DNA of 64,000 bases from Candidatus Udaeobacter sp. (lineage in GTDB: Bacteria > Patescibacteriota > Patescibacteriia > Magasanikbacterales > GWA2-37-8). Where the stretch lies: the NCBI GenBank assembly GCA_035473115.1, contig DATION010000006.1, positions 521 to 64,520 on the forward strand, in the 5' to 3' direction. Position numbers and translations under genes: made by a program. Positions 60,549-64,000 of the stretch are shown in pieces (position 1 is the first letter of the stretch; every line of letters begins with the position of its first letter). The notes below the pieces were generated by a model. That model was not told the origin of the DNA. It searched no databases and saw only the letters and a program-made list of their open reading frames with translations.

Positions 60549-61511
60549 TTATTTTTCGCTTTGTAAATTGATTATTTTTTCGACTACGCTTTCAATTGTG
60601 CCGTCTGTAGTGAACCCGGCTGCTTTTTTATGTCCGCCGCCGCCCATCTTTTTGGCTAAGGCCGAAACATCAATTTCATCGCTGGTTGTTCTAAAGCTGC
60701 CTTTAATTTTACCGTCGGCTGTTTCTTTTATAAATAAAGATATTTTGGCGCCATCAAGCTTGTTTAGGAAATTGGATATTCCTTCTACTTCTTCGTCGCT
60801 TATTCCATATTGAAGCAGATCTTTAATTGTTAGGTAAGTATAAGCCATATCTGAATTTTCTTTTTTATGCAGTCTGCTTAGAATTAGTCCCCATAACTTA
60901 AGAATAGCAATAGATTTGTTCTGTACCAAAGAATGGTGAATAACTGTCCAGTTGGCTCCCAGACGAAGCAGATCGCTGGCGGCGGTGAGCGATGTGTAAG
61001 AAGTGGCCGAGTTAGAAAAATTATCTGTATCAGTGATCAGTCCCGTTAAAAGAGCCGTGGCCATGGTGCGAGTAATATAAATGTTGTTGAATTTAAAAAA
61101 ATTATAGACAACTTCGGTGGTGGAAGAAGCGTTTGGTATTACCATATTTAAGTGTCCATATTTTTCGTTGGTAGCATGATGGTCTATATTTACAAGTGTT
61201 GCCGGATGGTCTTTGATTATTTCCGCTATGCCGGCAAAACGCAGATCACCGCAATCTAGAACGGTAATCACTTCGCTTTCTAAAAATGTAGCTGGGTCAA
61301 AGCTTACTAGATGAATATTATTAAGGAAGCCGAATTTTTCCGGCACAGGGCTTAGGCAAAAATTTTTAACTTCTTTTTTTAGATTTCGTAAATACTCGGC
61401 AAAAGCCATAGCTGCCCCTAAAGTGTCGCCATCCGGATTGGGATGCGAAACCAGCGTTATTTTATTAACGCTTTGCAGGTGGTTATGAATTTGTTGAGCT
61501 GTTCTTTGCAT
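60549..61511 (-). CDS. nrnA: Bifunctional oligoribonuclease/PAP phosphatase NrnA (DHH/DHHA1)
   Basis: HPNPDGD, LDCG, IDHH, TDTDNF, GGGHKKAAG; perfect TTGACA-17-TATAAT at 61565-61537 supports start at 61511. Confidence 0.9.
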   Translation of the reverse strand: MQRTAQQIHNHLQSVNKITLVSHPNPDGDTLGAAMAFAEYLRNLKKEVKNFCLSPVPEKFGFLNNIHLVSFDPATFLESEVITVLDCGDLRFAGIAEIIKDHPATLVNIDHHATNEKYGHLNMVIPNASSTTEVVYNFFKFNNIYITRTMATALLTGLITDTDNFSNSATSYTSLTAASDLLRLGANWTVIHHSLVQNKSIAILKLWGLILSRLHKKENSDMAYTYLTIKDLLQYGISDEEVEGISNFLNKLDGAKISLFIKETADGKIKGSFRTTSDEIDVSALAKKMGGGGHKKAAGFTTDGTIESVVEKIINLQSEK

Positions 61512-61666
61512 TTTGGTTATTTTAAGGTAACGGACAATTATATATTTATTGTTCAGTTCTGTCAAGGAGTGTGCCATTGTTCGCTTTTTAGCGAAAAATT
61601 TTGTAAAATTTGGATTTTATGGTATATTGAAATCCATAAAATTAGGCTTCAAAAGTCCGGTTATTT

Positions 61667-64000
61667 ATGTATTTAAAGCGTCTGGAAATTAAAGGATTTA
61701 AGTCTTTTGCCGAAAAAACGGTTTTGGATTTTTTGCCATACAAAAATAACCGCTATAGCATTACGGCTGTGGTTGGTCCAAACGGTTCTGGTAAATCTAA
61801 TATTTCCGATGCCGTGCGCTGGGTAATGGGTGAACAGAGCCTGAAGACTTTACGCGGCAAAAAAAATGAAGATGTAATCTTTAGCGGCTCGGAAGCCAAA
61901 GGCCAATTAAGCGCCGCCGAAGTGACTATGGTTTTGGATAACAGTAATCCGACCATGATGCAGGATTATCCGGAAATTACAGTTGGCCGCCGTTTGTATC
62001 GTTCCGGAGAAGGCGAGTATTTAATAAATAATAATCCGGTGCGATTGCTGGATGTGCATCTGCTGTTGGCCCAAGCCCAGTTTGCTCAGCATTCATACAG
62101 TGTGGTGGGGCAGGGAACAATTGATAAGCTTCTGACCGTTAGTCCGGCTGAGCGCAAAGATTTTTTGGATGAAGCTTCGGGTATTAAAGAATTTCAAATT
62201 AAACAGCATCAGGCCGAGCTTAAGTTTGCCCGTACGGTAGAAAACGTCACTCAAGCCGAAAGATTGGTAGAAGAAGTTGAGCCGCGTTTAAAAATTTTGG
62301 CGCGCCAGGTAAAAAAATTAGAGCAGCGTCAAGAAGTAGAAATTCAGTTGCGAGAAAATCAAGAACAATATTATGCTTCGGTTTATTTAACCAATAAATT
62401 AGAATTAGATAAATTAAATTCGGTTTTGACTGGCGTCGATGCTGATTATCGCAGCGCGTTTAAAGAATTAGAAGAAGTACAAACCGAACTGTCGGCTTTG
62501 GCTCATGATTCGGCTGAAAAAGAAGAAGAAAATAAAATGTCTGATAAAGACAGTCAAGTTATTGCCCAGCATAGAAAAGATCTAGAACAGATTTCCAAAG
62601 AAAAAACCAATGCCCAGTTAAAAATATTTTCTTTAGAGAAACAGATTTTTCAAGATCAATCCGAACAAAACTATCGCCAGATCAGCGGTCTGTTTGCGGC
62701 TCAAGCTGTTTTAGAAAATAAAGATAAGTTTGGTACGGTGCATGGTCTGGTGGCCGAGTTGGGAGAAGTGGAAGAAAAATATCAGTTGGCGCTGGAAGTG
62801 GCAGCCGGGTCTTATCTGTCAGCCATAGTTGTGGCCGATGATAACGTGGCCAAATCGGCGATTGAATTTTTGCGCAATAACCGTTTGGGTTTTGCCACTT
62901 TTTTGCCGGTAAATAAAATTAATCCCAGACCGGCCGAACAGGGAATAGATAAAATTTTAGCAATGCCGGGCGTAGTTGGTTTGGCGGCGGAAATTGTTAA
63001 GCACGAAGCTAAATTTGCTAATATTTTTTCTTTTGTTTTTGGACAAACAATAGTGGTGGAAGATTTGGCAGTAGCACAAAAAATCGGTATCGGCCGAGCG
63101 CGGATGGTAACTTTGGCCGGAGATATGGTAGAAAAAACCGGCGTGATGAAAGGCGGCTATAAACAGATTAAAAAAGACGGCTTGAAATTTTCGGCGCATT
63201 TATCTTGGAGCAAAGATAGACTGGCTGAATATCAAGAACAGATAAATATAGAAAAAGAAAAAATTATCCAATTAGACTCTCGCTACGAAGCTGCCAAAGA
63301 AAAAGTTTTAGAATTAGAATCAAAAAGAGAAGCGGCTAATTCCAAAACAAAACTGCTCAAAGCCTTTTCATTGCAAGAAACAATGCAGAAAAAGCAGAGT
63401 TTGGTAAACGAAGTTTTGGCCAGAAGAAATGATTTAAAAATTCAGACTGCCAGACTGGAAACAAGACGTGATTCTTTAGCCGAAGAAATTACTGCCGAAT
63501 TAAATTCGAACATAGAAGCGATATTGGAACGCAAACCGACTGTTGTCGGAACGGATAAACTGGCAGATATAATGAGTGAAATTCAAAAATTAAAATATCA
63601 ACTTAGTTTGATTGGCGGCATTGATCAAGAAGTGGTGGCTGAGTATGAACAAACTAAAGAAAGATTTGATTTTCTTTCAACGCAAATTGCCGATTTACGC
63701 GCCGCTATGGCAGATTTGGAAAAGATGATTGTGGAGCTTGATGAAATAATGAAGAAGAAACGCGCTGCTGCCTTTAAAAAAATTAGAAAAGAATTTGATC
63801 GTTATGTAAAAATATTATTTGGCGGCGGTAATGGTGATATTCACGAAATTTATGGTGAACAAAAAGAAGAGGACGAAGCGGTAGAAAATGCAGGCAATGT
63901 TGAAGGCGAAGAACCAGTTCAAGAACAACCAAGAAGCAAAGATAAAGTTCTAACCGGCATAGATGTATCTATAAATCCGCCGAATAAAAAAATTAAAAAT
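61667..64000 (+). CDS. smc: Chromosome segregation protein SMC (3' partial, runs off window; short arms)
   Basis: Hand translation: MYLKRLEIKGFKSF, GPNGSGKSN, GQG, DEASG, hinge (GFATFLPV..MVTLAGD..KGG), post-hinge IGGIDQE..EYE..KERFDFL; absent from ORF track, presumably because there is no stop in the window. Confidence 0.95.
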   Translation, partial: MYLKRLEIKGFKSFAEKTVLDFLPYKNNRYSITAVVGPNGSGKSNISDAVRWVMGEQSLKTLRGKKNEDVIFSGSEAKGQLSAAEVTMVLDNSNPTMMQDYPEITVGRRLYRSGEGEYLINNNPVRLLDVHLLLAQAQFAQHSYSVVGQGTIDKLLTVSPAERKDFLDEASGIKEFQIKQHQAELKFARTVENVTQAERLVEEVEPRLKILARQVKKLEQRQEVEIQLRENQEQYYASVYLTNKLELDKLNSVLTGVDADYRSAFKELEEVQTELSALAHDSAEKEEENKMSDKDSQVIAQHRKDLEQISKEKTNAQLKIFSLEKQIFQDQSEQNYRQISGLFAAQAVLENKDKFGTVHGLVAELGEVEEKYQLALEVAAGSYLSAIVVADDNVAKSAIEFLRNNRLGFATFLPVNKINPRPAEQGIDKILAMPGVVGLAAEIVKHEAKFANIFSFVFGQTIVVEDLAVAQKIGIGRARMVTLAGDMVEKTGVMKGGYKQIKKDGLKFSAHLSWSKDRLAEYQEQINIEKEKIIQLDSRYEAAKEKVLELESKREAANSKTKLLKAFSLQETMQKKQSLVNEVLARRNDLKIQTARLETRRDSLAEEITAELNSNIEAILERKPTVVGTDKLADIMSEIQKLKYQLSLIGGIDQEVVAEYEQTKERFDFLSTQIADLRAAMADLEKMIVELDEIMKKKRAAAFKKIRKEFDRYVKILFGGGNGDIHEIYGEQKEEDEAVENAGNVEGEEPVQEQPRSKDKVLTGIDVSINPPNKKIKN

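Overview
AT-rich (~38% GC by eye), gene-dense chromosomal segment of a small-genome bacterium. Gene content and protein features (GAD-less AspRS, N-terminally short MurF, NLPY-type PrmC, long Ndk, short UvrC, Gmad2/DUF3048/VanW surface proteins, almost no Shine-Dalgarno sites) point to Patescibacteria/CPR, Parcubacteria-ABY1-like; this is an inference. Most of the window is housekeeping: parA/parB, relA/spoT, gyrA, uvrB/uvrA/uvrC, rodA-like SEDS, rplY, prmC/prfA/rpmE, rpsB/tsf, rlmI, gap/pgk/eno/2x gpmI, aspS, scpA/scpB, valS/tyrS/argS, tRNA-Leu(GAG), ndk, class B PBP, murF, mutM, sod, hsp20, clpP, nrnA and a partial smc. Notable signals: (1) a ~290-nt promoter-to-terminator unit at 59385-59710 (minus) made almost entirely of G-U-rich hairpins with no credible ORF, a candidate novel ncRNA; (2) a recurring class of self-contained mini-cassettes (sigma70 promoter, SD, orphan ORF, GC hairpin with TTGTTTTT tail) between core genes, including a very GC-rich, very acidic disordered protein; (3) two translation-start grammars: core genes use SD-less T-ATG, cassettes use SD; (4) a jointly trimmed UvrABC; (5) palindromes inserted in frame in rlmI and mutM, plus TGTC-ended intergenic repeats; (6) a short-armed SMC and several apparent pseudoenzymes. 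No CRISPR array, rRNA, transposase, integrase or prophage was seen. All structures and counts were read by hand.
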